From: Heterodontus francisci
Lineage: Eukaryota
Assembly (NCBI RefSeq): GCF_036365525.1
Contig: NW_027141363.1
Coordinates: 434,001 to 498,000, forward strand
Direction: 5' to 3'
DNA: 64,000 nt
A program made the position numbers and the translations under genes. The stretch's first letter is position 1, and the number at the start of each line of letters is the position of its first letter. This document shows positions 27,501 to 38,995 of this stretch, piece by piece. Below the pieces are notes generated by a model, which did not search any database, had not been told where the DNA came from, and saw nothing but the letters and a program-made list of their open reading frames with translations.

Positions 27501-28814
27501 ACCTGACAGAAATCATCACAGATGATCAAGTCCAACAGGAAAATGAACACAATCTGACAGCAGACAACTTCAACTCACAGTTTCTCTCACTAATTGTTCT
27601 GGACATTCCAGCACCTTATGATAGCGAATTATTTACACTGCTGCTTCTTTCTCTTACTTCTGCTTATCTCTTTCCATCGGTTTCGTTCCCCCTGCTCCTT
27701 TTCTCCTTCCCTATCTCTCACACCCTGTAAATTGTTACTTAATGATGCTTTTCACATAGGATTTATTTCTAACATTCTGCGTCTGTGTTCTGTTCACCAG
27801 CCCCAGGTTCAATTATTCTATTCTCAGGGTAAGTTTGTTCAACGGTGAAACCTCTGTGAATAATTTAATGCATCTACAGAACATTCAAGTCTCCACCTGT
27901 TCACCTGCACTCTTCACTTCATCTACAACATATGGAATAAACAGGATCGAAAGCTACTTCCAGACAAACCTCACAGTCATTGAAATTACTTCTCCTGGAA
28001 TTATAAAGTAATCTGTTAGAATGTGGGATTGTTTAATTAATAAAACACCAACATCAGCGCTGCAGCTGATAATCTACAGAAAGACTCTTGATTCCAACTG
28101 ATCGAGTGAAAACCAATAAAACATCATATCAATACTTTCTATTTTACAATGTAGTCCAGTGACAGTGAAGGGTCCACAGTGAAGCAGAGAAGGGGAAGTG
28201 AAAGTGTCAGCAGCAAACTCAGTTCAGTAGCCAGACTTCTGAAGCAGTGTCAGACACACACAGAGTGAAATAATGTTTGATAACAGTGATAATCAATAAA
28301 TACATTGAAATCCCAGTTAAACTGAGCCATGTTATTGGGGAGGGAGGATATTGTTCTGTTCCCTTGTAACACTGAGACTGTGAGATGTCTCATTATCAAT
28401 CACTAAAAAGATATCATAAAAATATTCCAGGACCGGTTAGATCCACATCATGAAAATGTTAAAAACTCCGAATGGTCTGATTATTAATCGTAACGGAGAA
28501 CATGATTTGAATGCAGTCAATACACAGAATAATCCAGTAAGAATGCCACGGTTACTGAAACCAATACAATAAAAGACATGACACATCTCCTGCAGCACTG
28601 AAAGAATAGACAATGAGGATATTCCATCAGTAAATTGCTGGAAAAGAATAGGTGGCTGTGTAACACACACAGTGAGAAATAATACCGAGTACAGCAGCAC
28701 AGTTAACATCGATTTACACCATTAACAGCTGAGATTCTGCTTACCAGGAACTCCAATTGCTGCAAGTACTGGATAGTAAATGAATATGAACTGATACATT
28801 ACTGGATATCCCAT
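24501..28814 (-). CDS. Class A GPCR, GPR139/GPR142-like, two exons (28814-28745; 25405-24501), 324 aa
   Basis: Exon 1 encodes MGYPVMYQFIFIYYPVLAAIGVP and ends at a G|GTAAG donor. Exon 2 follows a pyrimidine tract and AG, with matching phase 1. It continues VNLVAIVILSRGKCGLSKC, TM2 MAVSDLL, TM3 FTFDRFVAIC and TM7 SCTNTCIY. Seven hydrophobic segments, uninterrupted frame. Confidence 0.92.
26491..27424 (+). mobile_element. 5'-truncated CR1 LINE in the GPCR intron
   Basis: FADDTKVGG and ORF 26562-27341 (RT C-terminus), then a 3'UTR and (ttctatg)n tail. Flanked by a 134 bp direct duplication. Confidence 0.94.
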
Positions 28815-28899
28815 TCCTGTGAGAAGCAGAGGCTTCTATTAGCCTGGAATCCACAGCTCCACCAGGCACTCTGAGCTGATCCAATCCATTGGGTCCTAA

Positions 28900-28905
28900 T
28901 TTATA
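28900..28905 (-). promoter_or_regulatory. Candidate TATA box of the GPCR gene
   Basis: TATAAA on the minus strand about 86 bp upstream of the ATG at 28814. Confidence 0.4.
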
Positions 28906-29477
28906 CAGGGGATAAGTCTCCACTGACACGGTGATACTCCTAATCATTGCTATTAGTTATACTCACCTCAACAAACACATTACATCAGCAGCTTTGATGC
29001 TGATGTAAATAATGTGGTGGATAAAACACAATCATTTCAATGTCAATGACATTTTCTTTGTAAGGCCTCTCTCGGGAATGAACCTGAAAACCGTCCTCAT
29101 ACTGCACGGATGCTACAATTATGAGAGGCGTCATTTATATTTGCCATATTATTGTATTGACCTTATTCACTCCTGGCATTTCTGTTGTAAATGTAACTGA
29201 TCTGTCTGCAGTGGACACTGAATCCAGGGACAAAAGCAATTACGTTTCACTCTGTTCCTGTCTTTTCCCCAGTTAAAATGTGAACTTTGTGGATCTGATT
29301 CAGGACAGTGTTCAGGGTTACAGCCCAGAAACTACTGTGGGTGATATTGGGGGTCAGACACTGTACACAGCCATTAGGGAGGCAGTCGCATATTGATAAT
29401 ATCACTGCTCAAGTAATCCAGAGGCCCAACCTGATGTGCTGGGGACAGGGTTCAAAACTCACCTTGGCAGCTGTATA

Positions 29478-29952
29478 AAATAGAGGGAGCTCCCTCTCTC
29501 TGCATAAAGTGGAGAGAGCTCCCTCTGTATGTATACAGTGGAGGAAGCTCCCTCTCTTTGTTTCAAGTGCAGGGAGCTCCCTCTCTATGTATAAAGTGGA
29601 GGGAGCTCATTCTCTATGTCTTAAATGGAGGGAGCTTCCTCTCTATGTATAAAGAGGAGGGAACTCCCTCTCTATGTATATAGTTTAGGGAGCACCCTCT
29701 CTATGTATAAATTGGAGCGAGCTCCCCCTCTATGAATAAAATAGTGGGAGCTCCCCCTCTACGTATAAAGTGGAGGCAGCTCCCTCTCTATGTATAAAGT
29801 GGAGGCAGCTCCCTCTCTACGTATAAACTGGAGTGAGCACCCTCTGTACGTATGCAGTAGAGCGAGCTCCCTCTCTATGTATACAGTGCAGTGAGCTCCC
29901 TCTCTACGTATAAAGTGGAGGGAGCTCTCGCTCTACGTATAAAGTGGAGGGC
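29478..29952. repeat. Minisatellite, ~31 bp unit (gagctccctctctatgtataaagtggaggga)
   Basis: About 15 tandem degenerate copies, immediately after a SINE 5' fragment (about 29400-29475). Confidence 0.92.
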
Positions 29953-30729
29953 GAGTCAGGACAAAGGAGAGAGGGAAATGTAAACAAATGGAGTATTGGA
30001 GAGAAAAACGAAGTGAAAGACTGAGGGACAGTAGAGTTAGTAAAATTAGACCTTGACAGAACCCCAGAAACAATGTCAATTGTCTGACCCGTCTGGTATT
30101 GGGGATTTAGTGTGAGTGCTTTAGGGCTGAGTTTTTGCTCAAACTGAAGTGACATTCCCAACAAGCGCAAGAGTTACAGATTCAAAATTAACAACGGAAT
30201 GGCTCGAAGCATTGCTGTCCATGGAGAGAGGGAAACAGAGATGGAGGGAGAGAGACACAGACAGAATGGGACAGAGACAGAGGGAGAGAGAGACAGAGAG
30301 AGTGTGACAGGGCGGGATTAAATGAGAAACTTTAGATCTAATAATGTTTGAAAAAAGAGAAAATTAAAAACTAAAACTGGCTGTGTGCAAAAACTAAATT
30401 TGAAAGGAAACATTTGGGGTTTAGTGTGAGTGTTTTGGAGGGAACTGTTGGATCAGTGTTTCATATTTTCAAACTGCAGGGACAGTTATTATTGTGGACA
30501 ATATATTATCAAAAATTGACAAACTTTAGAAGTAGGGGAAAAGGGAGACAGGGTGTGAGGGGACCTTGACAGAACCTCAGTAAAAATCCCCATTATCTGC
30601 CCAGTCCTGTATTGGGGGTTTAGTGTGAGAGTTTAGGGAGCGTGTGTTGATCAGTGTTTGATATTTTCAAACTGCAGTGACGTTCCCAGCAAGGCCAAGA
30701 ATTGCAGGTTCAAAATTAACCAATAAATG

Positions 30730-31070
30730 TTTAGTTTAGAGATACAGCTCTGAAACAGGCCCTTCGGCCCACCGAGTCTGTGCCGACCATCAACCACCAT
30801 TTATATACTAATCCTACACTAATTCCATATTCCTACCACATCCCCACCTGTCCCTATATTTCCCGACCACCTACGTATACTAGGGACAATTTATAATGGC
30901 CAATTTACCTATCAACCTGCAAGTCTTTGGCATGTAGGAGGAAACCGGAGCACCCAGAGGAAACCCACGCAGACACAGGGAAAACTTGCAAACTCCACAC
31001 AGGCAGAATTGAACCCGGGTCGCTGGAGATGTGAGGCTGCGGTGCTAACCACTGCGCCACTGTGCCACCC
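30730..31070 (-). mobile_element. Full-length tRNA-derived V-SINE (HE1-like)
   Basis: On the minus strand: tRNA-like head (ggcacagtggcgcagtggttagcacc...cccgggttcaatt), V-domain core gggtttcctc.gggtgctccggtttcctcc, and a CR1-like 3' tail (gggccgaagggcctgtt...ctaaa). Confidence 0.88.
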
Positions 31071-31440
31071 ACATATTTTCAAACTGCAGGGACGTCCCCA
31101 GCAAGGGCAAGAATTGCAGGTTCAAAATTAACCAATAAATGGACGAAACCATTTCTGTCCAAGGAGAGAGAGAGGGAGAGATGGTGTGAGAGAGGCACAG
31201 GCACAGTCATGGACTGCGGCGGGGAAAGAGGGAGAAGGAGATCGAGGGAGAGAGAGAAAGAGATGGAGAGAGACAGACATGAGAGGCAGAGACAAATAGA
31301 GGATGAGACAAGATGTAACAGTCAGTAACAATCCTCATTATCTGCCCAGTCCTGTGTTGGGAGTTTAGTGTGAATGTTTTACGCGTGAGTGTTGGATCAG
31401 TGTTTGATATTTTCACACTGCAGTGACCTTCCCAACAAGG

Positions 31441-32045
31441 CAGGTATAGAATAGAAGAGCTTGGAGGTTATGCTGAAACTGCATAACCCATTGGTTAGAC
31501 CACAACTCGAGTACTGTGTGCAGTTCTGGTCACATCGTTACAGAAAGGATGCAATTGCACTGGAGAGGGTACAGAGGAGATTTACGAGGATGTTGCCAGA
31601 ACTGGAAAATGCAGCTATGAGGGAAGATTGGATCGGCTGTGGCTGTTCTCCTTGGCACAGAGAAGGCTGACGGGAGATCTGACTGAAATGTGAAGGGCTT
31701 GGATAGAGTGGAAGTGAAGGGTCGATTCACCTTAGTAGAGAGCTCAGCGATGAAGGGGCATAGACTTAAAGTGATTGGTAGAAAGATTAGAAGGGAGATG
31801 AGGAAAATATTTTTCACTCAGAGGGTGGTGAGGGTCTGGAACAGATGGCCTGAAAGGGGAGTTGAGGCGGAAAACCTCAAGTCATTCAAAAGGAGTCTGG
31901 ATATGCACCTCAAGTGCCTGAATCTACAGGGCTACGGAACAAAGGGTGGCAGGTGGGATTAGAGTAGGAAGATCGTTATTTGTCTGGCACAGATACGATG
32001 AGACAAGTGGCCTCTTTCTGTGCCTTCAAATTTCTGTGATTCTAA
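31441..32045 (+). mobile_element. Degenerate CR1 3' fragment
   Basis: LVRPQLEYCVQFW, RVQRRFTRMLP and FFTQRVVRVWN, with frameshifts. Confidence 0.88.
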
Positions 32046-32104
32046 AGGAAAGAGTTACTGGTTCTAAATTAACAAAGACATGTCTGAAAGCATTGCTGTC
32101 CTGG

Positions 32105-32935
32105 GACAGAGAGAGGAAGGGAGAGATGAAAAGAGAGAGAGAGCGAGAGAGAGGCAGAGAAATAGGGGGAAGGGAGAGACAGAGAGAGAGGGAGAGACAG
32201 AGAGAGAGGGAAGAAACAGACCGAGAGACAGGGGGGAGACAGAGACAGAGCGAGAAAGAGAAACAGAGACAGAGAAGGAGGGAGAGACAGAAGCAGCGGA
32301 AATCGAGACAGGGAAGACAGAGACAGCGAGGGAGATAAAGAAAGACCGAAAGGGAGCGGCACAGAGAGAGAGGGAGGGAGAGGGGGAGGGGCAGAGGGAG
32401 AGGGAAAGACAGACGGAGGGACAGACAGAGAGGGGAGACAGAGAAGGTGGGAGAGACAGAAACAGGGGAGATAGAGACAAGGGAGACAGAGGGGAGGGAA
32501 ATTCAGACAGAGAGGGAGTGGCAGAGAGAGGGATAGAGCGGTAGAGGGAGAGAGGGAGGGACAGAGGGAGAGGGAAAGACAGACAGAGGGACAGATGCAG
32601 ACGGAGAGACAGAGACAGAGAGAACGATTGGGAGAGACAGAGATTGGGGGAGACAGGGTAGAGGGAGAGACCGAGACAAAGAGAAAGATGGGAGAGATAG
32701 GGATTGGCAGAGAGAGGGAGAGTGAAAGCAGGAGAGACCAAGAGAGAGCGAGGCAGAGCGGGAGAGACAGAGGGAGGTACAGAGGGAGGGACAGAGGGAG
32801 AGACAGACAGAGAGACAGAGAGAGAGACAGAGAGAGACGGGGAGACCGAGAGAGAGAGAGACAGGGCAAAGAGAGAGAGAGAGGGAGTAAGAGAGTAAAG
32901 ATAGAAAAATAGAGAGAGACAGAGATAGAGAGTGG
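32105..32935. repeat. GA-rich low-complexity tract
   Basis: Visible directly. Confidence 0.85.
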
Positions 32936-32944
32936 GCAGACTAC

Positions 32945-34260
32945 CAGAGCAACTTTAGGTCAGTTATTTTAACTTTGGTGGTAGAAAATATCCAGAAAAA
33001 ATAATTCGGATCACCATCAATAGTCACATGGATAAATGTGAGTTAATTCAGGAAAGGCAGTATGGATTTCATAAGGGAAAATCATGTTTAACAAACTGGC
33101 TGGAGTTTTTTGAGGAGGTAACTGAGAGGGTTGATGAGGGCAATGTTGTTGATGTGGTGTACATGGATTTTCAAAAGGCGTTTGATACAGTGCCACACAA
33201 CAGACGTGTGAGCAAACTTGTAGCTCATAGAATAAATACTACGGTAGCAACATGGATACGGAATTGGCTGAGTGGCAGGAAACAAAGAGTTGTGATTAAT
33301 GGATGTTTTTCAGGCTGAATGAAGTTTTGTAGTGGAGTTCCCCAGGGGTCAGGGTTGGGACCCTTGAGTTTCTTCATATGTATATTAATGACCGAGACCT
33401 CGGTGTACAGGGCACAATTTCAAAGTTTGCAGATGATACGAAACTTGGAAGCATTGTGAACTGTGAGGACGATAGTGACGAATTTCAAAAAGACATAGAC
33501 AAGTTGGTGGAATGGGCAGGCAGGTGGCAGATAACGTTCAATGCATAGAAATGTGAAGTGATTCATTTTGGTAGGAAGAACATGGAGTGACAATATAGAA
33601 TAAAGGGAACAATTCCAAAGTGGGAGCAGGAGCAGAGGGACCTGGGTGTAAATGTACAGAAGTCATTGAAAGTGGCAGTCAGGTTGAGAGAGTGGTTAAT
33701 AAAGCATACAGTATCCTGGGATTTATTAATAGGGGCACAGAGTACAAGAGCAAGGAGGTTATGTAGAACTTGTATTAGACACTAGTTCATCCTCAGCACG
33801 AGTATTGCGTCCATTTCTGAGAGCCACACTTTAGGAAAGATGTGAGGGCATTGGACAGAGTACAGAAGAGATTCACGAGAATGGTTCCAGGGATGAGGAA
33901 TTTCAGTTATGAAGATAGATTGGAGAAGTTAGGACTGTTTTCCTTGGAGAAGAGAAGGCTGAGAGGTGATTTGATAGAAGTATTCAACATCATGAGGGAT
34001 CTGGACAGAGCAGATAGGGAGAAACTGTTCCCACTTGTGAAAGGATCGAGAACGAGATGACACAGACAGAAAATATTTGGTCAGAGAAGCAAAAGTGACA
34101 TGGGGAAAATCTTTTTCATGCAGTGTGTGGTTAATGTCTGGAATGCGCTGCCTGAGAACGTGGTGGAGGCAGGTTCAATTGAAGCATTCAAAAGGGAATT
34201 AGACAGTGATATGAAAAGGAAGAATGTGCAGGGTTATGAAGAGAAGGCAGGGTAATGGAA
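32945..34260 (+). mobile_element. Degenerate CR1 RT region
   Basis: KSCLTNWLEFFEE, YMDFQKAFD, GVPQGS, FADDTKL and RVQKRFTRM, with multiple stops. Confidence 0.92.
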
Positions 34261-34782
34261 CTGAGAGAATTGCACTCTCGGAAATCCAGTGCAGACAAGA
34301 TGGCCCGAATGGCCTCCTTAAGCACTGCAACAACTCTGATACAGAGGCAGAGAAAGAGAGAAGGGGAGAGACAGAGAGAGAGGCAGAGGGAGAGAGAGCA
34401 TGTGAGAGAGACAGAGACAGAGAAGGTGAAACAGAGAGAGGGGCAGGCAGTGGCAAAGTNNNNNNNNNNNNNNNNNNNNNNNNNNNNNNNNNNNNNNNNN
34501 NNNNNNNNNNNNNNNNNNNNNNNNNNNNNNNNNNNNNNNNNNNNNNNNNNNNNNNNNNNNNNNNNNNNNNNNNNNNNNNNNNNNNNNNNNNNNNNNNNNN
34601 NNNNNNNAGGAGACAGCGTGGGAGGGAGAGATGATGTGAGAGAAAAACAGAGTAAAGTATTCAGACAGAATAAGAGTGACAGAGAGAGGGAGAGACAGTG
34701 ACAAGGAGAGGGTCAAAGAGAGACAGAGACAGAAAGAGAGAAGGAGAGGCACAGAAAGGGAGAGCGAGAAAGAGAGAGAGAT

Positions 34783-36598
34783 ATCACACGGTGGAGATAC
34801 AATAATAAGAGAACCACACAGAGACACTCCCTGCGGAGATACTATAATAACAGACCCACTCAGTCACTCTCCTTTGTGGAGATGCTATGATAACAGACCC
34901 ACTCAGTAGCTCTCCCAGTGGAGATACTATAATAACAGACACACTCACAGACTCTCTCTCTAACGATACTATAATAACAGACTCACTCGGTGACTCTCCC
35001 TGTCGAGATACTATGATTACAGACGCACTCAGTGAATCTCCCTGTGGAGATACTGCAATTTCAGATCTACTCACTGACTCTCCTTGTGGTGATAGTTTAA
35101 GAACAGACCCACTCAATGATTGTCCCAGTTGAGATACGATATTTACAGACCCACTCAGTAACTCTCCCTGTGGAGATACGATAATAACAGACCAACTCAG
35201 TGACACTCCTTGTGGAGATACTATAATAACAGTGCAACTCAGTGACTCTCCTTGTGGATATACTATAATAACAGACCCACTCAGTGACTCTCCCTGTGGA
35301 GATAGTGTAATAACAGACCCACTCAGTGACTCTCCCTGTGGAGATACTATAATAACAGACCCACTCAGTGACTCTCTCTGTGGAGATACTATAATAACAG
35401 ACCGACTCAGTGACTCTCCCTGTGGAGATACTATAATAACAGACCCAATCAGTGACTCTCCCTGTGGAGATACTATAATAACTGACCGACTCAGTGACTC
35501 TCCCTGTGCAGAGACTGCAATAACAGACATAATCATTAACTCTCCCTGTGGAGATACTGTAATACCAGAGACACTCAGTGACACTCCCACTGGAGATACC
35601 ATAATAACAGACACACTCAGTTTCTCTCCCTGTGGAGATACTATAATAACAGACCCACTCAATGACTCTCCGCGAGGAGGTACTATAATAAGAGACACAA
35701 TCATACACTCTCCCTGTGGAGATACTATAATAACAGATCCACTCAGAAACACTCCCTGTGGAGATACTATAATAACAGACCAACTCAGTGACTCTCCCTG
35801 CGGAGATTCTATAATAACAGACACAATAATTCAGTCTCCCTGTGGAGATACTATAATACCAGAGAGACTCAGTGACTCTCCCTGTGTAGATAATACAAAA
35901 ACAGCCCCACTCAGTGGCTCCCCCTGTGCAGATGCTAAAGAAACAGATTCACACAGTGACTCTCCCTGTGGAGATACTACAACAACAGAGACACTTACTG
36001 ACTCTCCCACTTGAGATACTATAATAACAGACATAATCATTCACCATCCCTGCGGAGATACTATAATAACAGCCGCACTCAGAGACTCTCCCTCAGGAGA
36101 TACTATAATAACAGACCAACTCAGTGACCCTCCTTGTGGAGATATTATAATAACAGACCCACTCAGTGACTCTCACTGTGGAGACACTGTAATTTCAGAT
36201 CCACTCACTGACACTGCCTGTGGTGATAGTATAAGAACAGACCCACTCAATGAATGTCCCAGTTGAGATACTATAATTACAGAGAGACACAGTGACTCTC
36301 CCTGTGGAGATGCAATAATAACAGACACAATCATTCACTCTCCCTGTGGAGATGCAATAATAACAGACCCACAAAGTGACTCTCACTGTGGAAATACTAC
36401 AATAACATACCCACTCAGTGACTCTCCTTGTGGAGATACTATAACAACAGACGCACTCAGTGACTCTCCCTTTGGAGATACACTAATAACAGACCGACTC
36501 CACTGGGAGATTCACTGAGTGGGTCTGTTATTATAATATCTCCACAGGGAGAGTCACTGAGTGGGTCTGTTATTATAGTATCTGCACGGGGTGCAGAT
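34783..36598. repeat. 39 bp minisatellite (ctccctgtggagatactataataacagacccactcagtga), last ~2 units inverted
   Basis: More than 40 tandem units. From about 36505 the unit appears as its reverse complement (tcactgagtgggtctgttattat). Confidence 0.95.
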
Positions 36599-36609
36599 AC
36601 TCTGTAAAC

Positions 36610-36750
36610 TCCCACCCTGACCTCTCTGTCCTCGACCTCCTTCTCTGCTCCAATGAAGCTCAACAGAAACTCAAAGAACAGCACCTCATCTTTCAATTGG
36701 GCACTTTACAGCTTTCTGAACTCAACAGCTAGTTTAACAATTTCTGATCA
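36610..36750 (+). mobile_element. Penelope-like element 3' fragment (GIY-YIG C-terminus); second copy at about 61635-61775
   Basis: Translates as CSNEAQQKLKEQHLIFQLGTLQ..LN..FNNF, resembling vertebrate Penelope-like C-termini. Confidence 0.65.
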
Positions 36751-38503
36751 TAACCACTGCTCCGGTTTATTTGGACAGAGGCTTGTTGGTAATGATTGTG
36801 TTTCTGCCAGTTCTGCCTCTTCTAGACCCATCTTTTGTTCTTTACTTGACCCATTAACTTCCCCTTTGTCTTGCACCAGCCTCAGTTTTGTTATTCAATC
36901 TATTTTGCATTTCTCCCATTCCCCGTCTCTCTGACTTTGTGCTGCTTAAAAGTTAATAGATCTGTAAATCCTTCCAGTTCTGCTGAAAGATCTACGACCT
37001 GATATGCTAATATTTTTTCTCCCTCCACAGAGGCTGTCTGATCTGATTAACATTTCCATCCTTATTTATTTATAACCCAGAAATGCAACGAGCACCAATA
37101 TAGTGACAGAGCACCCAGAACCGAAACCATCCAGCATCTGCGGTACCTTGTGTTCAGTTCACCAGTCTGTAACAGGGATGTAGTTATTTAATTATCAGGA
37201 GCGGTTCATAGACAAGTTTCAAAGTCCCTATTGAAACATCATCAATAATCTGATCCTTATCACGGTCCAACACCGCCCTCTGCTGTCACTGTGGAGAAAG
37301 ACAACACTGTCAGTGAATAAACCACAACAGTGTCTGTATATCTATTTACCTATCTATCNNNNNNNNNNNNNNNNNNNNNNNNNNNNNNNNNNNNNNNNNN
37401 NNNNNNNNNNNNNNNNNNNNNNNNNNNNNNNNNNNNNNNNNNNNNNNNNNNNNNNNNNNNNNNNNNNNNNNNNNNNNNNNNNNNNNNNNNNNNNNNNNNN
37501 NNNNNNNNNNNNNNNNNNNNNNNNNNNNNNNNNNNNNNNNNNNNNNNNNNNNNNNNNNNNNNNNNNNNNNNNNNNNNNNNNNNNNNNNNNNNNNNNNNNN
37601 NNNNNNNNNNNNNNNNNNNNNNNNNNNNNNNNNNNNNNNNNNNNNNNNNNNNNNNNNNNNNNNNNNNNNNNNNNNNNNNNNNNNNNNNNNNNNNNNNNNN
37701 NNNNNNNNNNNNNNNNNNNNNNNNNNNNNNNNNNNNNNNNNNNNNNNNNNNNNNNNNNNNNNNNNNNNNNNNNNNNNNNNNNNNNNNNNNNNNNNNNNNN
37801 NNNNNNNNNNNNNNNNNNNNNNNNNNNNNNNNNNNNNNNNNNNNNNNNNNNNNNNNNNNNNNNNNNNNNNNNNNNNNNNNNNNNNNNNNNNNNNNNNNNN
37901 NNNNNNNNNNNNNNNNNNNNNNNNNNNNNNTATCTNNNNNNNNNNNNNNNNNNNNNNNNNNNNNNNNNNNNNNNNNNNNNNNNNNNNNNNNNNNNNNNNN
38001 NNNNNNNNNNNNNNNNNNNNNNNNNNNNNNNNNNNNNNNNNNNNNNNNNNNNNNNNNNNNNNNNNNNNNNNNNNNNNNNNNNNNNNNNNNNNNNNNNNNN
38101 NNNNNNNNNNNNNNNNNNNNNNNNNNNNNNNNNNNNNNNNNNNNNNNNNNNNNNNNNNNNNNNNNNNNNNNNNNNNNNNNNNNNNNNNNNNNNNNNNNNN
38201 NNNNNNNNNNNNNNNNNNNNNNNNNNCATTAAACCCTTTCAGAATCTCTCGAAGAACACAAAAGGTTTATCCTTCAGTCTTCTCTTTTCTGGTTCAGACT
38301 ACTTTGATCGCTATAACTTCTCAGTATCGGTATCATTCCTCGAAATTCTATCTCGCAATTTTCCACTGTCTCCAAATCTAATCTCTTTCTATCTAAATCC
38401 GCCCTGTCTTCTTGTGAAAAACATGTTCCCAATGACAAAAACACCCAGCAGGATGCAGCACCGTCTGGGTTTATCTGAAACAGGTGTTTCCTGTTGCCTT
38501 TGG

Positions 38504-38542
38504 GGTTTTTGTTGAACTGCTCCATCTCTCTGAGTCACTGTG
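38504..38542 (-). other. 23-RSS of V1
   Basis: CACAGTG (38542-38536), 23 bp spacer, ACAAAAACC (38512-38504). Perfect consensus. Confidence 0.97.
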
Positions 38543-38995
38543 AAGACTCCAGGCACAGAAATACACGGCCGAGTGATTCTCCCGCAGGCTGGAGGACTCC
38601 AGGTTGAACTGGGAGTCAGTTGGTCTCTCGGCGGTGAAACCGCCCTCCGTCCCCTCTGGATCTACATAGTTAGCAGTACTGGAGTAAAACATCAACAGTG
38701 GCTCCTTCCCCGGGTATTGTCTGTACCAGTACATTCTAGCAGTACTGGTGCCCTCCAATGTGCACCTCAGTTCCACTGCCTCTCCACGCAATCTGGAGAC
38801 TGCGGCGGGAGTCTGGTGGATCGTCTGTGAGTTCACATCTGGGAGAGAGATGGAGAGAAGAGCAGATCAGTAAACAGGAAACTTCTGGGAATGAAAGGGA
38901 GACAGGGAGAAGAGAGGAAAGTTATTAACGATAGTTTTTGTATTTCACACTCACTTACAATGAAACAGGATTATCAGACCCAGTAACAGATTCAT
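38543..38995 (-). CDS. TRBV: TCR beta-type V segment V1 (TRBV30-like); leader 38995-38959, V exon 38838-38543; apparently functional
   Basis: Leader MNLLLGLIILFH with GTAAGT donor, phase 1. V exon SQTIHQTP...LRC...MYWYRQ...YFCAWS. Consensus 23-RSS. Confidence 0.92.

Noticed and set aside
31000-31070. tRNA gene
   Set aside because: tRNA-derived head of the V-SINE, not a complete cloverleaf gene.
34784-36040. ORFs with a 13-aa repeat; 39 bp unit equal in length to a 23-RSS; CRISPR-like periodicity
   Set aside because: Plain minisatellite with no unique spacers. CACAGGG/CACAGTG words have no nonamer at 12 or 23 bp.
37287-37293. Isolated CACTGTG heptamer
   Set aside because: No nonamer at 12 or 23 bp, and the duplicate copy has ccctgtg.
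37313-38515. Long ORFs running through N tracts (also at 34.5, 51.2, 59.8 and 62.4 kb)
   Set aside because: Artifacts of undetermined bases. The flanks suggest masked or unresolved (TATC)n/GA microsatellites.
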